Shown here: one piece after another, positions 49,026-58,833 of the stretch
Numbering within the stretch: the stretch's first letter is position 1
Layout: each line of letters opens with the position of its first letter
Assembly: GCA_035366835.1 (NCBI GenBank)
Contig: DAOSIS010000020.1
Span: forward strand, 3,552-67,551
Direction of reading: 5' to 3'
Source of the DNA: Syntrophales bacterium
GTDB taxonomy: Bacteria > Desulfobacterota > Syntrophia > Syntrophales > UBA6109
Length of the DNA: 64,000 nt
The notes under the pieces: model-generated
Database searches by the model: none
What the model was told of the DNA's origin: nothing
What the model saw: only the letters and a program-made list of their open reading frames with translations
Position numbers and translations under genes: made by a program

Positions 49026-49046
49026 GGTCGTTTTGAGGAACACCCC

Positions 49047-49073
49047 TTTATACTGGTTTCCCCGCCTTGTCAA
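49047..49073 (-). promoter_or_regulatory. Possible promoter for tRNA-Met
   Basis: The minus strand reads TTGACA-N15-TATAAA, with the -10 ending 21 nt before the tRNA 5' end. The spacer is shorter than optimal. Confidence 0.35.
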
Positions 49074-49087
49074 TCGTCAAAGCCGGG

Positions 49088-50803
49088 TTATCGTCCCCCC
49101 TCGGGAGCGGCCGGCTGGGGTTGGTTGAACTTGAAGTAAACGACGACGCTTCTCCCCTGCAGCATGCCGCCGGTGGCCATGACGATCGCCATGACGATCT
49201 CCTGCTGGCCGTCGTTGTCGATGTCGTAGACCTGGTAGTCGGCGACATACCCGTCGATCTTGCGCGTCTTCCAGTTTTCGTACAGTCCCAGGCCGTCCCA
49301 TTCAAGGTTGTAGACCTCGCTCGATGTGAACAGCTTGACCGATCTCATCAGGCGTCCCGACGCGGAAAGGTTCTTGACGATGATGATTTCCTTCTTCCCG
49401 TCTTTGTTGAGATCGTAGGTCAGGATGCGGAGGTTGATGAAGGCGCTCATCTTCTCCCGGTCCGGGCCGATGTCGTGGTCGGAAATCTCGAACATGGTGT
49501 TGCAGCCGCCGAAGGTTTCATCGCTCTTGTAGAGCAGTTCAGGACTGCCGCCGAAGATCCTTACCTTTCCAAGAGGTTTGTCCGTCTGTTCGAGTACGAG
49601 CAGGTGGTCGTATTCGTCCAGGGCGATGATCTTTTCGCTGGAGCCTGTGATGAGTTCGTCGATGGTCAGGCCGTAGATGGAAAGGCCCAGGGGGATCTTC
49701 ATCCGCCTCCCTTCCTGGTACTTTCCATTGTTCCAGACGATCTCGTGGATCGGCGTGTTGAAAACGCTGTCGGTGCCGAATTGCTGTCCCAGGAGGATGG
49801 GGCCGTCCACCCGGTTGATCACGCGGAGGCACCAGGGGAGATCGGCAATCTTGACGAACTTCTTGTCCCGGTATTCCAGGACAAAACTCCGGATGGAACT
49901 GCGGGAAAGGCTGGTGACGAAGATCTCCTTGATTCCGTTTCCGTTGATGTCGGCCACGTCGACGGCGATGTAATCCTCGTGGGCACTTCCCTTGATCGTT
50001 TCGATGTGTTTGAATTCCTTGCCCTTGAGCTGGTAGATGATGACGTTGTGGTCGTCGATCATGACGGTTTCGTTGAGTTTGTCACCGTTGACATCCCCTA
50101 TGTCCATCCCCTTGAATTCCGTCGGGAATTTCTGGCTCATCCAGAATCCCCTGCGGTCCACGACCTGGTCGGAGTTGATGTAATCGGGATTGATGGCGGC
50201 GGTGAACGTTCCCTTGCGGCTCTTCCTCATGCCCGAGATGATTTCGGATTCCTTCGAGAGGGCCGGAGCGGTCTGGGCGGTCTGCGGTGCGGCGGGCTGC
50301 GCCTCGGCGGTCTGCAAAGCCCCCGGAGCGACGCCGAGGATGTGTGCGTCGATCCTCTGCGCGAAGTCGTTGATCTTCGGGATGACCTCGTCCATGCCCT
50401 GGGACTGGGTGAAAAGGCTCACGGTCGACTTGTAGGCTGCGACGTCGACGAGCTTCCCGTCAATGCTGATGCTGTTGCCGATTTTTGTGATGCTGCCCCA
50501 TACGACGTAATCCGCGTTGAGCTTTTTCCCCACTGCGTAGACATCGGATAGGGAGAGCTCTTTTGCCCCGGTGTCCCGGAGCGCGGCTGCGACGGCGTCC
50601 TTGCCGACCACCTCGATTTTGTCCGCAACGTAGATGCGGGAAGACAGCATGTCCAGAATGCCTTGGCGCACGTAGTCGATATTCTCACCGCTGTGGACCG
50701 AAAAGGGCAGGACGGCAACGGTGTTTTTTTCCTTGGCCGAACAGGGGACGGCCGCGAGAAAAAGAATCACCACGGGCAGCAGGCGTTTGGCCCATTTGAT
50801 CAT
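49088..50803 (-). CDS. Secreted/lipoprotein-like FG-GAP (VCBS) repeat protein
   Basis: The signal is MIKWAKRLLPVVILFLAAVPCSA. The N-terminal domain AVLPFSVHSGENIDY...ADYVVWGSITK follows. Repeated Ca-binding-like loops are DVNGDKLNE, DINGNGIKEIFV, DLNKDGKKEIIIV and DIDNDGQQEIVMA. I chose ATG 50803. Confidence 0.8.
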   Translation of the reverse strand: MIKWAKRLLPVVILFLAAVPCSAKEKNTVAVLPFSVHSGENIDYVRQGILDMLSSRIYVADKIEVVGKDAVAAALRDTGAKELSLSDVYAVGKKLNADYVVWGSITKIGNSISIDGKLVDVAAYKSTVSLFTQSQGMDEVIPKINDFAQRIDAHILGVAPGALQTAEAQPAAPQTAQTAPALSKESEIISGMRKSRKGTFTAAINPDYINSDQVVDRRGFWMSQKFPTEFKGMDIGDVNGDKLNETVMIDDHNVIIYQLKGKEFKHIETIKGSAHEDYIAVDVADINGNGIKEIFVTSLSRSSIRSFVLEYRDKKFVKIADLPWCLRVINRVDGPILLGQQFGTDSVFNTPIHEIVWNNGKYQEGRRMKIPLGLSIYGLTIDELITGSSEKIIALDEYDHLLVLEQTDKPLGKVRIFGGSPELLYKSDETFGGCNTMFEISDHDIGPDREKMSAFINLRILTYDLNKDGKKEIIIVKNLSASGRLMRSVKLFTSSEVYNLEWDGLGLYENWKTRKIDGYVADYQVYDIDNDGQQEIVMAIVMATGGMLQGRSVVVYFKFNQPQPAAPEGGR

Positions 50804-51042
50804 AGTCTGAGACCTCATTTCGTGAAGTGGAGGCACCTTAACACGGAAAAACGGCGAATACAAGCGATCATGGCCGGTCGGGGCGTTCGCGCCTTCGGCG
50901 GGATGCTACTCCTTCCTCGCGGGCCGTCCGGGATGTACCGACACGAGGCCTCCGGAATCGGCGTCCGGGGGCATTGCGGGATGTGCCTTGCAACCGGGAG
51001 GGGACTGCGGAGACGCAGCAGCCGGACGTTCTGAACAGCTTG

Positions 51043-51834
51043 TCAGATCTTTCCCGTCAGACGGTACCACACCAGACCGAGATATTCATAGACCGCCCCC
51101 TCGGAGTTCCGCAGATGGGCGGCGGCCGGCAGAAACTTCGTGTGAAACGGGGACTTTGTCCTCAAAATGCGGAAATCCGTAGGGGCGGCCACGGGGTTCA
51201 TGCCGCTCTTGCGGAAAACGGCCATGGAGCGGGGCATATGGCTGGCGGAGGTCACCAGGATGAAGGGATCTGATCGGACGATGGGTCGGATGAGCCGGGC
51301 CTGTGCGAATGTATCCTTCGAATCCTTTTCCAGGAGCAGGATCTGCCGCGGCACGCCCATGGCTTCGGCCAGGATGGCCATGACTTCCGCGTCGGATTCC
51401 TCCTCGAGATAGGTCCCGCCCGAAAGCAGGAGGCGCGATCCCGGCAGATTCCGGAAAAGCCTGACGGCCTCCATCAGGCGGATCATGGTTTCGCGGCTCA
51501 CGCGGCTTGTCATCGGAACTTCCGTATCCCAGACGTGGCCTCCGCCGAGAACGACGATCCAGCGGATTCTGCTCGGATCGATGTCCGTCCTCGCCGATGC
51601 GGGCGACGAAATCTTCAGAGGCGGATAGAGCGATTCGAGGGGCCGCAGCAGGTGGCTTGAGACAAAGGGTGTGCTGAGTGCATAGAGGATCAGCGTCGCG
51701 GAAAGCGCCAGCAGGAGGCCGAGGCGCTTCCTTTTCCCGAAAAACAGAAATCCGATGCCCAGAAGAATGAAGGCGATGCACCACGCAAAAGGCAGGAAAA
51801 AAGGCGACACGATTTTCTTCAGCGCAAAGCCCAA
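51043..51834 (-). CDS. DUF218 (YdcF/ElyC/SanA-like) membrane protein
   Basis: IVVLGGG, LLLSGG, DSKDTFAQA and LVTSASHMPRS are DUF218 motifs. The start is TTG 51834, 8 nt after AGGAGA. Confidence 0.85.
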   Translation of the reverse strand: MGFALKKIVSPFFLPFAWCIAFILLGIGFLFFGKRKRLGLLLALSATLILYALSTPFVSSHLLRPLESLYPPLKISSPASARTDIDPSRIRWIVVLGGGHVWDTEVPMTSRVSRETMIRLMEAVRLFRNLPGSRLLLSGGTYLEEESDAEVMAILAEAMGVPRQILLLEKDSKDTFAQARLIRPIVRSDPFILVTSASHMPRSMAVFRKSGMNPVAAPTDFRILRTKSPFHTKFLPAAAHLRNSEGAVYEYLGLVWYRLTGKI

Positions 51835-51846
51835 GATGTTGTTCTC

Positions 51847-52434
51847 CTATCGGAAGCGGAACGGTCCCTCGGCGGCGATCTCCGAAAGGCCCTTGCGTCC
51901 CGAGGGGAATTCCCGCTCCCTCAGCGATTCGGAAAGATCTTCGGCATTCCCGGGCTTCCCGACAGCGATCATGGCTTCGACCTGATAGAGATCGGGGACG
52001 TCGAGGAGTTTCCGTGCGAGGTCATAGTCGAAGCCCTGCATGCCGTGGACGACAAGCCCCATGTCGGATCCCTGCAGGGCGAGGTTTTCCCAGGCGGCCC
52101 CGGCGTCATAGGAATGGGTGCGGGACGGCTTTTCGTTGGAATCGAAGGTCGTTTTCGATATGACCACAATGAGGACCGCGGCCTTGGCCGCCCATACCTT
52201 GTTGGATTCCCGCAGGAGCGAGAAGAAAGTCGGCCAGTGTTCGGAGTTGCTTCTTGCGTAAAGGAAACGCCACGGCTGGTTGTTGTTCGAGGAGGGCGCC
52301 CAGCGCGCCGCCTCGAAAAGCGATTTCAGGGTCTCCGCGGAGATTTCTTCCCCGGTCATGGCGCGCGGAGACCAGCGGCGCGGAAAGATCGCATCCACGT
52401 CGGCTGAGGGCTGTCGATACCGGTCGATGTCCAT
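51847..52434 (-). CDS. Nitroreductase family protein
   Basis: RRWSPRAM, AARWAPSSNNNQPWRF and a typical length of about 195 aa from the internal ATG at 52434. Confidence 0.88.
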   Translation of the reverse strand: MDIDRYRQPSADVDAIFPRRWSPRAMTGEEISAETLKSLFEAARWAPSSNNNQPWRFLYARSNSEHWPTFFSLLRESNKVWAAKAAVLIVVISKTTFDSNEKPSRTHSYDAGAAWENLALQGSDMGLVVHGMQGFDYDLARKLLDVPDLYQVEAMIAVGKPGNAEDLSESLREREFPSGRKGLSEIAAEGPFRFR

Positions 52435-52685
52435 CCGCCCGCTCCTTCGCAAAAGGGCCGTCCCGGCCGCAGCGCAGATCGTTTTCCGCACCGCCGGTTT
52501 CTGGTAGCTTATGTCCGCAGGGTTGGATTGTCAATCTTCGAATCCGGCTTCGAACCCGGCCGTCACCGCCTGCCATCCAGGAGAGGGGCAGACCGCCCGC
52601 CTGCAAATTTCTTGACTCCGGCCTTGCGGTCATAATAGATTGCCGCTATGTGTCCGCCGACGAAGAAGAGGAAGGAGAGTCCGCG

Positions 52686-53990
52686 TTGATTCCCCGATAC
52701 GCCCGTGAAAAGATGAGCGCCGTCTGGAGCCAGCAAAACCGCTACCAGGCGTGGCTCGACATCGAGCTCCTCGCATGCGAGGCCCTCGCCCGCCTGGGGA
52801 AGATCCCCCCGGCCGCCCTGAGGAACATCAAGGAGAGGGCCGGCTTCGATGCCGCCCGGATCGACGAGATCGAAAAGGTCACCAAGCACGACGTCATCGC
52901 CTTCCTGACCTCCGTGACGGAGCGGGTGGGGGAGGACGGGCGGTTCATCCACATGGGGCTGACCTCCTCGGATATCCTGGACACCTCGCTCGCCGTCCTT
53001 CTGAGACAGGCGGCGGAGCTCCTTCTGGAGGATGTGGACCGGACGCTGAATGCACTGAAGATGCGGGCGATGGAGCACCGGCGCACCCTCATGATCGGCC
53101 GCACCCACGGGATCCATGCGGAGCCGATCACCTTCGGGCTGAAGCTGGCCGTCTGGTACGACGAGATGCGCCGCAACCGGGAAAGGCTCGAGCGGGCCAG
53201 GGAGAGGATCAGCTGCGGCAAGATCTCCGGCGCGGTGGGGACGTTTTCGTTCATCGACCCTTCCGTGGAGGAATACGTCTGCGAAAAGCTGGGCCTGAAA
53301 CCGGCGCCCGCGTCGTCGCAGATCGTGCAGCGGGACCGGCACGCGGAGTATTTCTGTACGCTCGCCGTGATCGCGTCTTCGCTCGACAAGTTCTCGCAGG
53401 AGATCCGCCTCCTGCAGCGCACGGAAGTGCGCGAGGCGGAGGAATTCTTTTCCCCCGGGCAGAAGGGCTCTTCGGCCATGCCGCACAAACGGAATCCCGT
53501 GCTGTCCGAAAACCTCTCCGGCCTCTCCCGTCTGATGCGATCCTACGCCGTTGCCTCCCTCGAAGACGTCGCGTTGTGGCATGAGCGCGACATCAGCCAT
53601 TCTTCGGTGGAAAGGGTCATCGGACCGGACGCCACGATCCTCCTGGACTTCATGCTGGCGCGTTTCGCGGGCATGATCGAGAAGCTCGTGGTCTATCCGG
53701 AGCGGATGATGTCCAACCTGCAGATGACCCGCGGCGTCGTCTTTTCGCAGATGATCCTGCTCAAGATGGTCGAAAAGGGAATATCGCGCGAGAGGGCCTA
53801 TGCCATCGTCCAGACGAATGCCATGAAGTCATGGGCGGAGGGCCTGGAGTTCAAGGCCCTTCTGCAGTCCGACGCCGAAGTGACGGACCGCCTCTCCTCA
53901 GCCGAGATCGACGAGGCCTTCCGCATCGAGAATTTCCTGATCCATGTCGACTTCATATTCCGCAGGGTTTTCGGAGAGGATCATGAATAG
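52686..53990 (+). CDS. purB: Adenylosuccinate lyase
   Basis: IPRYAREKMSAVWS, MGLTSSDILDT, GRTHGIHAEPITFG and the signature GSSAMPHKRNP are PurB motifs. The start is TTG 52686, 7 nt after GAAGGAGAG. Confidence 0.93.
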   Translation: MIPRYAREKMSAVWSQQNRYQAWLDIELLACEALARLGKIPPAALRNIKERAGFDAARIDEIEKVTKHDVIAFLTSVTERVGEDGRFIHMGLTSSDILDTSLAVLLRQAAELLLEDVDRTLNALKMRAMEHRRTLMIGRTHGIHAEPITFGLKLAVWYDEMRRNRERLERARERISCGKISGAVGTFSFIDPSVEEYVCEKLGLKPAPASSQIVQRDRHAEYFCTLAVIASSLDKFSQEIRLLQRTEVREAEEFFSPGQKGSSAMPHKRNPVLSENLSGLSRLMRSYAVASLEDVALWHERDISHSSVERVIGPDATILLDFMLARFAGMIEKLVVYPERMMSNLQMTRGVVFSQMILLKMVEKGISRERAYAIVQTNAMKSWAEGLEFKALLQSDAEVTDRLSSAEIDEAFRIENFLIHVDFIFRRVFGEDHE

Positions 53991-54588
53991 ACGCCTTTGG
54001 TCGCTGTGGCTGGGTCTTTTCGTTTCCCTGATTTCGGGATGCGGCTATCTCCAGGGATACCTGGACATTGCCCGGGACCGGGGTGTCTCGAAGGAATACC
54101 TCGCGGTCCTCGACGCCTGGACGCGCTCGCAGGTCGTATACTCACAGTTCGAAACCAAAGTGAAGATCACCGCGACCTTCAAGGGCAGCGCCTACCAGGC
54201 GGCCTCCACGGCCGAATATGCCCGGCTCTACGAGATGGACGAGGAAGCGAAGAAAGGCCGTGCGGAAATGCTGAAGTCACTGGAGGGCGATTTCTCGGAA
54301 ATCTTCTTCTACGCCTACGTCCCCGAGAAGGAATACAACGACTTCGAGAAGCTGCGCTCGGTCTGGAGCGTCTTTGTTCTGGACGGGCAGGACAACAGAA
54401 TCGCGCCGCTGGAATTGCGGAAGATCGAGAAGATCACCCCGGTGATCCTGGATTTCTACCCCTACGTCAACCCCCACCACGGCAACTGCTACAGCCTGAA
54501 GATCCCCCCGGTGTCGGACGAGGAGTTCCGGAAGACGAAGCTGGTGTTTACGGGCGTGCTGGGCAGGGTCGAACTCACCTGGAAATGA
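53983..54588 (+). CDS. Hypothetical lipoprotein
   Basis: MNRRLWSLWLGLFVSLISGC has a lipobox (LISGC). I recognise no family. The gene overlaps the purB end by 8 nt. Confidence 0.6.
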   Translation: MNRRLWSLWLGLFVSLISGCGYLQGYLDIARDRGVSKEYLAVLDAWTRSQVVYSQFETKVKITATFKGSAYQAASTAEYARLYEMDEEAKKGRAEMLKSLEGDFSEIFFYAYVPEKEYNDFEKLRSVWSVFVLDGQDNRIAPLELRKIEKITPVILDFYPYVNPHHGNCYSLKIPPVSDEEFRKTKLVFTGVLGRVELTWK

Positions 54589-54644
54589 GGCAGCTGAAAG
54601 AGCTTTGCTGCTTCTGAATGAGTTCTTGCACAAAATCACCCGCC

Positions 54645-54790
54645 AGGCTGTTCAAAAATGCCCGGATGCAAGGCGCCCGATGCTTCGACAAGCTCAGCAT
54701 GACAAATCCATCAGCCTGTCCTGGGCCTGCCGAAGGGTCGAACGGCATAGGATGAGGGGAACGCGGCAGACGGGTATTTTTCAACAGCCT
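54645..54790. mobile_element. MITE-like element of about 146 bp with imperfect terminal inverted repeats
   Basis: The left end is AGGCTGTTCAAAAATGCCCGGATGC. The reverse complement of the right end is AGGCTGTTGAAAAATACCCGTCTGC, so about 21 of 25 positions match. There is no coding capacity. The interior translates to FDKLSMT / LSLSKH-type pseudo-peptides. Confidence 0.55.
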
Positions 54791-54797
54791 CTTCCTG

Positions 54798-56411
54798 CTA
54801 GCGGCTGTCTCTTGAAATCAGCGTATCTTTCAGCCACTGCCGGTCGTCCCGTTCCGGATAATCGATGTTGTAGTGAAGCCCTCGGCTTTCCTTGCGCATC
54901 TTGGCGCAGCGAACGATGATCTGGGCCACGACGGCGATGTTGCGCAGTTCGATCAGGTCCCTCGTGACGATGAAGTTGCGGTAGTACTCGTCGATTTCCC
55001 GGTTGATGAGGTCCACACGCCGTTCCGCGCGATCGAGCCGCTTGTTCGAACGGACGATCCCCACGTAGTTCCACATGCACCGGCGGATTTCGTCCCAGTT
55101 GTGTGAGACGACGATGGATTCGTCGCTTTCCGTGGCGCCCCGCGGATCCCAGGCGGGGATCGCAAGCTCTTCGTCCCCGACGTCCGCGAGCCGTTCCGCG
55201 ATGCGGCGGACAGCACGGTGGGAGAAGACGACGGCCTCCAGGAGGGAATTGCTGGCGAGCCGGTTCGCCCCGTGAAGACCGGTGCAGGAGACTTCCCCGC
55301 AGGCGAAAAGACGGTCGATCGTCGTCTCGCCGAATGCGTTCACCGAGACGCCGCCGCACTGGTAGTGCGCTGCAGGAACGACGGGGATGGGATCCTTCGT
55401 GATGTCGATCCCGAACCGGAGGCACTCCCGGTAGATGTTGGGAAAGCGGTTGACGAGGAAGTCTTTGTCGCGGTGCGTGATGTCCAGAAGGACGTATTCG
55501 TCCCCGGATTTCTTGAGCTCCGTGTCGATCGCCTTGGCGACGACGTCGCGCGGTGCGAGGCTCTTCATGGGATGGTATTTTTCCATGAAGGGAATCCCGT
55601 TCTTCAGGCGCAGGACCCCGCCCTCGCCGCGCACGGTTTCGCTGATCAGGAAGGACTTTGCCGCCGGATGGTACAGGCAGGTCGGATGGAACTGCGTGAA
55701 TTCCATGTTCGCGATGAGGGCGCCGGCGCGGTACGCCATGGCGACGCCGTCGCCGGTCGCGATGTCGGGGTTGGAGGTGATGAGATAGACCTTTCCGGTC
55801 CCGCCGGTGGCGAGGAGGACGAACTTGGCGCGGAAGGTGTGGATCTCGTTGCGTTCGATATCCAGGACATAGGCGCCAAGGCACTGGTCGGCGACCCCCT
55901 TCCGCTGGCCGGTGATGAAGGATTTCATGATCAGGTCGATGGCGATATGGTTCTCGAAGATCGAAATGTTGGGGTGACGGCTGGCCTTCTCGTTGATCGC
56001 ACGCTCGATCTCCCGGCCGGTGAGGTCTTTCGCATGCAGGACGCGCCGCATCGAGTGGCCGCCCTCGCGGCCGAGATCGAATTCGGAAGACGATCCCTCC
56101 TGCGCCCTGCTGAACCGGACGCCCCATTCCACGAGCTCACGAATCCGCTCGGGCGCCTCGCTGACGACGAAGCGCACGACGTCTTCCTTGCAGAGGCCGG
56201 CGCCGCAGGTAAGGGTGTCCCGGATGTGGTACTCGAACCGGTCCTCCTTGTCGCAGACGGCTGCGATGCCTCCCTGGGCGTAGTTCGTATTGGATTCCGT
56301 CCGCTCCTTCTTGGTGACGACCGCTACGGTGCCCAATTCGGCGGCCTTGATCGAAAAACTGAATCCGGCGATGCCGCTTCCGAGAACCAGAAAATCCGTC
56401 TTGATCTCCAT
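54798..56411 (-). CDS. nadB: L-aspartate oxidase
   Basis: DFLVLGSGIAGFS is the FAD-binding motif. NTNYAQGGIAAV, HPTC and RGEGG are further NadB motifs. The length is 537 aa. Confidence 0.95.
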   Translation of the reverse strand: MEIKTDFLVLGSGIAGFSFSIKAAELGTVAVVTKKERTESNTNYAQGGIAAVCDKEDRFEYHIRDTLTCGAGLCKEDVVRFVVSEAPERIRELVEWGVRFSRAQEGSSSEFDLGREGGHSMRRVLHAKDLTGREIERAINEKASRHPNISIFENHIAIDLIMKSFITGQRKGVADQCLGAYVLDIERNEIHTFRAKFVLLATGGTGKVYLITSNPDIATGDGVAMAYRAGALIANMEFTQFHPTCLYHPAAKSFLISETVRGEGGVLRLKNGIPFMEKYHPMKSLAPRDVVAKAIDTELKKSGDEYVLLDITHRDKDFLVNRFPNIYRECLRFGIDITKDPIPVVPAAHYQCGGVSVNAFGETTIDRLFACGEVSCTGLHGANRLASNSLLEAVVFSHRAVRRIAERLADVGDEELAIPAWDPRGATESDESIVVSHNWDEIRRCMWNYVGIVRSNKRLDRAERRVDLINREIDEYYRNFIVTRDLIELRNIAVVAQIIVRCAKMRKESRGLHYNIDYPERDDRQWLKDTLISRDSR

Positions 56412-56449
56412 GGAAGATCGTCCTTTCCCCGGCGTGGAGTGAAATTCGG

Positions 56450-56478
56450 TTTACAAAGACAAGGCGTTTCTATATAGT
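56450..56478 (+). promoter_or_regulatory. Sigma70-like promoter candidate upstream of tsaD
   Basis: TTTACA-N17-TATAGT lies 43 nt upstream of ATG 56521, in the divergent nadB/tsaD intergenic region. Confidence 0.5.
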
Positions 56479-56520
56479 CTCTTGCGCTTTTTTACAAAAG
56501 AAAATTTCTGTCTGGAATCT

Positions 56521-57549
56521 ATGCTGATCCTGGGAATCGAGTCCTCCTGCGACGAAACCGCCGCCGCCGTGGTTCGCGACGGGCGGGGGCTTCTCTCCAA
56601 CGTCATCGCATCACAGATCGCCGCGCACAGCCGCTTCGGCGGCGTCGTGCCCGAGATCGCCTCCCGCAAGCACATCGAGGCCGTCCTGCCGGTCATCGAG
56701 CAGGCCCTGGAAGAGGGAGGGGTGCGCCTCGGAGACATTGAAGGAATCGCGGTCACCCGCGGGCCCGGGCTGATCGGGTCGCTGCTCGTGGGCATCTCCG
56801 TCGGAAAGGCCCTGGCCTTTGCGCGCAACATTCCGATCGTCGGCGTCAACCATCTCGACGGCCACATGGCGGCGGTCTTTCTGACGGATTCCCGGCCGGC
56901 TTTCCCTTTCGTGGCGCTGGTGGTTTCCGGAGGGCACACCACGACCTACGCGGTGGAGGACTTCGGACGCAGCCGCATCATGGGGCAGACGCGGGACGAT
57001 GCCGCCGGAGAGGCCTTCGACAAGGCGGCGAAGCTGCTCGATGCCGGCTACCCCGGCGGCGTGATCCTGGACCGTCTCTCCAGGGAAGGCGATCCCGGGA
57101 AGATCCCTTTTCCCCGCGCGATGAGGGACAGCCTGGACTTCAGTTTCAGCGGGCTCAAGACGTCCCTTCTGCATTATCTGAAGCGCCGCGGCGAAAAACC
57201 CGCCGGGAAGGAACTGGCGGATATCGCCGCCTGCTACCAGGAAGCCATCGTCGAAGTGCTGGTCGAAAAGACGTTCGCGGCGGCCCGGATCGCGGGCATC
57301 GGCAGGATCGTCGTCTGCGGCGGTGTCGCGGCCAACAGACGGCTGCGGGAGGAATTCCGGGCGAGAGCGGAGGCCGAGGGTGCGGAACTGTTTCTCCCGC
57401 CGCCCGTCCTGTGCACGGACAATGCGGCCATGATCGCCGTGGTCGGGGAACATCTTCTTGCGGGCGGGTGCCGGGACGACATCGATATGAACGCCGTTTC
57501 GAGATGGCCGGCGGACAGCGGATATGGATCTTGTCAGAACGAAGCTTAA
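56521..57549 (+). CDS. tsaD: tRNA N6-adenosine threonylcarbamoyltransferase
   Basis: MLILGIESSCDETAAAVV, VNHLDGH and VVSGGHT are TsaD motifs. I chose the internal ATG at 56521. Confidence 0.95.
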   Translation: MLILGIESSCDETAAAVVRDGRGLLSNVIASQIAAHSRFGGVVPEIASRKHIEAVLPVIEQALEEGGVRLGDIEGIAVTRGPGLIGSLLVGISVGKALAFARNIPIVGVNHLDGHMAAVFLTDSRPAFPFVALVVSGGHTTTYAVEDFGRSRIMGQTRDDAAGEAFDKAAKLLDAGYPGGVILDRLSREGDPGKIPFPRAMRDSLDFSFSGLKTSLLHYLKRRGEKPAGKELADIAACYQEAIVEVLVEKTFAAARIAGIGRIVVCGGVAANRRLREEFRARAEAEGAELFLPPPVLCTDNAAMIAVVGEHLLAGGCRDDIDMNAVSRWPADSGYGSCQNEA

Positions 57550-57973
57550 GGAATTTCATCAGCGGTTCCTGAGCCTGCGCGGCGAACCGAGGGCCGTCGC
57601 CCTGGGCATGGCCCTCGGGGTATTCGTCGGCGTCACGCCGACGATACCCTTTCATACCCTGCTGATCGTCGCGTTCGGCCTGATTCTGCGCTGGAACATC
57701 GCGTCGGCGTACCTCGGATCGTGGCTCATCTCCAATCCCCTGACCATCCCCATCTTCTATTATGCGCAGTACGAAATCGGCACCTTCTGTCTGGGAACCG
57801 GAAAAACCGGGCTTGTCCTGGCGGACTATTCCCTGGTGAGTCTGGCATCCGCAGGCTGGCAGATCCTCTGCCCGCTCCTGCTCGGCGGTCTGATCACGGC
57901 GCCGCTTTTTGCCGTCCCCGCATACTTCATCACGTTGCGGCTGGCGCGATCCTTGAGAAGAACGCAGGAATGA
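57524..57973 (+). CDS. DUF2062 membrane protein
   Basis: GEPRAVALGMALGVFVGVTPTIPFHTLL...NPLTIPIFYYAQYEIG is typical DUF2062. The gene overlaps the tsaD end. Confidence 0.8.
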   Translation: MDLVRTKLKEFHQRFLSLRGEPRAVALGMALGVFVGVTPTIPFHTLLIVAFGLILRWNIASAYLGSWLISNPLTIPIFYYAQYEIGTFCLGTGKTGLVLADYSLVSLASAGWQILCPLLLGGLITAPLFAVPAYFITLRLARSLRRTQE

Positions 57974-58833
57974 AGTCGGCAAGGGAAATTCTGCATTCCT
58001 ACGGCATTCATCCGAGACGGCGGTACAGCCAGTCTTTTCTGGAGGACCGCGCCGTCATGGAGCGGATCCTCGGTCTTGCCGCGATCGGGGCGGACGAGAC
58101 GGTGCTGGAGATCGGCTCCGGAGTCGGGCTGCTCACGGAACGGATCGCCGAGCGCGCCGCCAGGGTCCTGGCGGTCGAAATCGATCCTTCACTCGTCGAA
58201 ATCCTGAACCGGCGCCTCGGACGGAAGGGAAATGTCGAGATCGTGAGCCGGGACATCCTGAAGGTCGATCTGTCCGAATGGTCCGGCAGAGGGAACGCCG
58301 GCAAGCTGAAGGTCATCGGGAACATCCCCTACAGCATCTCCAGCCCCATCCTCTTTCATCTCCTTGCTCATCGGCGCTCCATCTCATCGGCGACCGTCAT
58401 GATGCAGCGGGAAGTCGCGGACCGGCTGACGGCTTCCTGCGGCTGCAAGGAATACGGGATTCCGACCGTCCTCTTCGCCGTTCATGCCTCGATCAGCGGC
58501 GGAATCGAGGTGCCGCCTTCGTGTTTCTTTCCGCCGCCGCGTGTCCACTCGACGGTACTGCGGTTCGATTTCGCGGCGGAGCCGAACACGCCGCTTTCCG
58601 ACGAGAATTTTTTCGCGCGCGTCGTCCGGACCTCTTTCGCCATGCGCCGGAAGACGCTGTTCAATTGCCTGAGGGGAAGCGAGGCGGCCCCGGAAAGCGA
58701 CGAAGAACTGCGGAGGGCGCTGGACGCGGCGGGGATCGTCGGGAAGCGGCGTGCCGAGACGCTCACGCCGGAGGAGTTCGGCCGGCTGAGCAACGTCCTC
58801 CGGGAGGGAAGGCGCCATGCAGCAAAAAGGTAG
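57970..58833 (+). CDS. rsmA: 16S rRNA (adenine1518/1519-N6)-dimethyltransferase
   Basis: RYSQSFLED, VLEIGSGVGLLT and GNIPYSISSPILF are RsmA/KsgA motifs. The ATG overlaps the DUF2062 stop. Confidence 0.93.
   Translation: MKSAREILHSYGIHPRRRYSQSFLEDRAVMERILGLAAIGADETVLEIGSGVGLLTERIAERAARVLAVEIDPSLVEILNRRLGRKGNVEIVSRDILKVDLSEWSGRGNAGKLKVIGNIPYSISSPILFHLLAHRRSISSATVMMQREVADRLTASCGCKEYGIPTVLFAVHASISGGIEVPPSCFFPPPRVHSTVLRFDFAAEPNTPLSDENFFARVVRTSFAMRRKTLFNCLRGSEAAPESDEELRRALDAAGIVGKRRAETLTPEEFGRLSNVLREGRRHAAKR

Noticed and set aside
50804-51042. A 239-nt GC-rich leader upstream of the FG-GAP protein gene, considered as a possible riboswitch or structured RNA.
   Set aside because: I could not recognise any known riboswitch core sequence. 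Only short, weak stems are visible. An Rfam scan would be needed.
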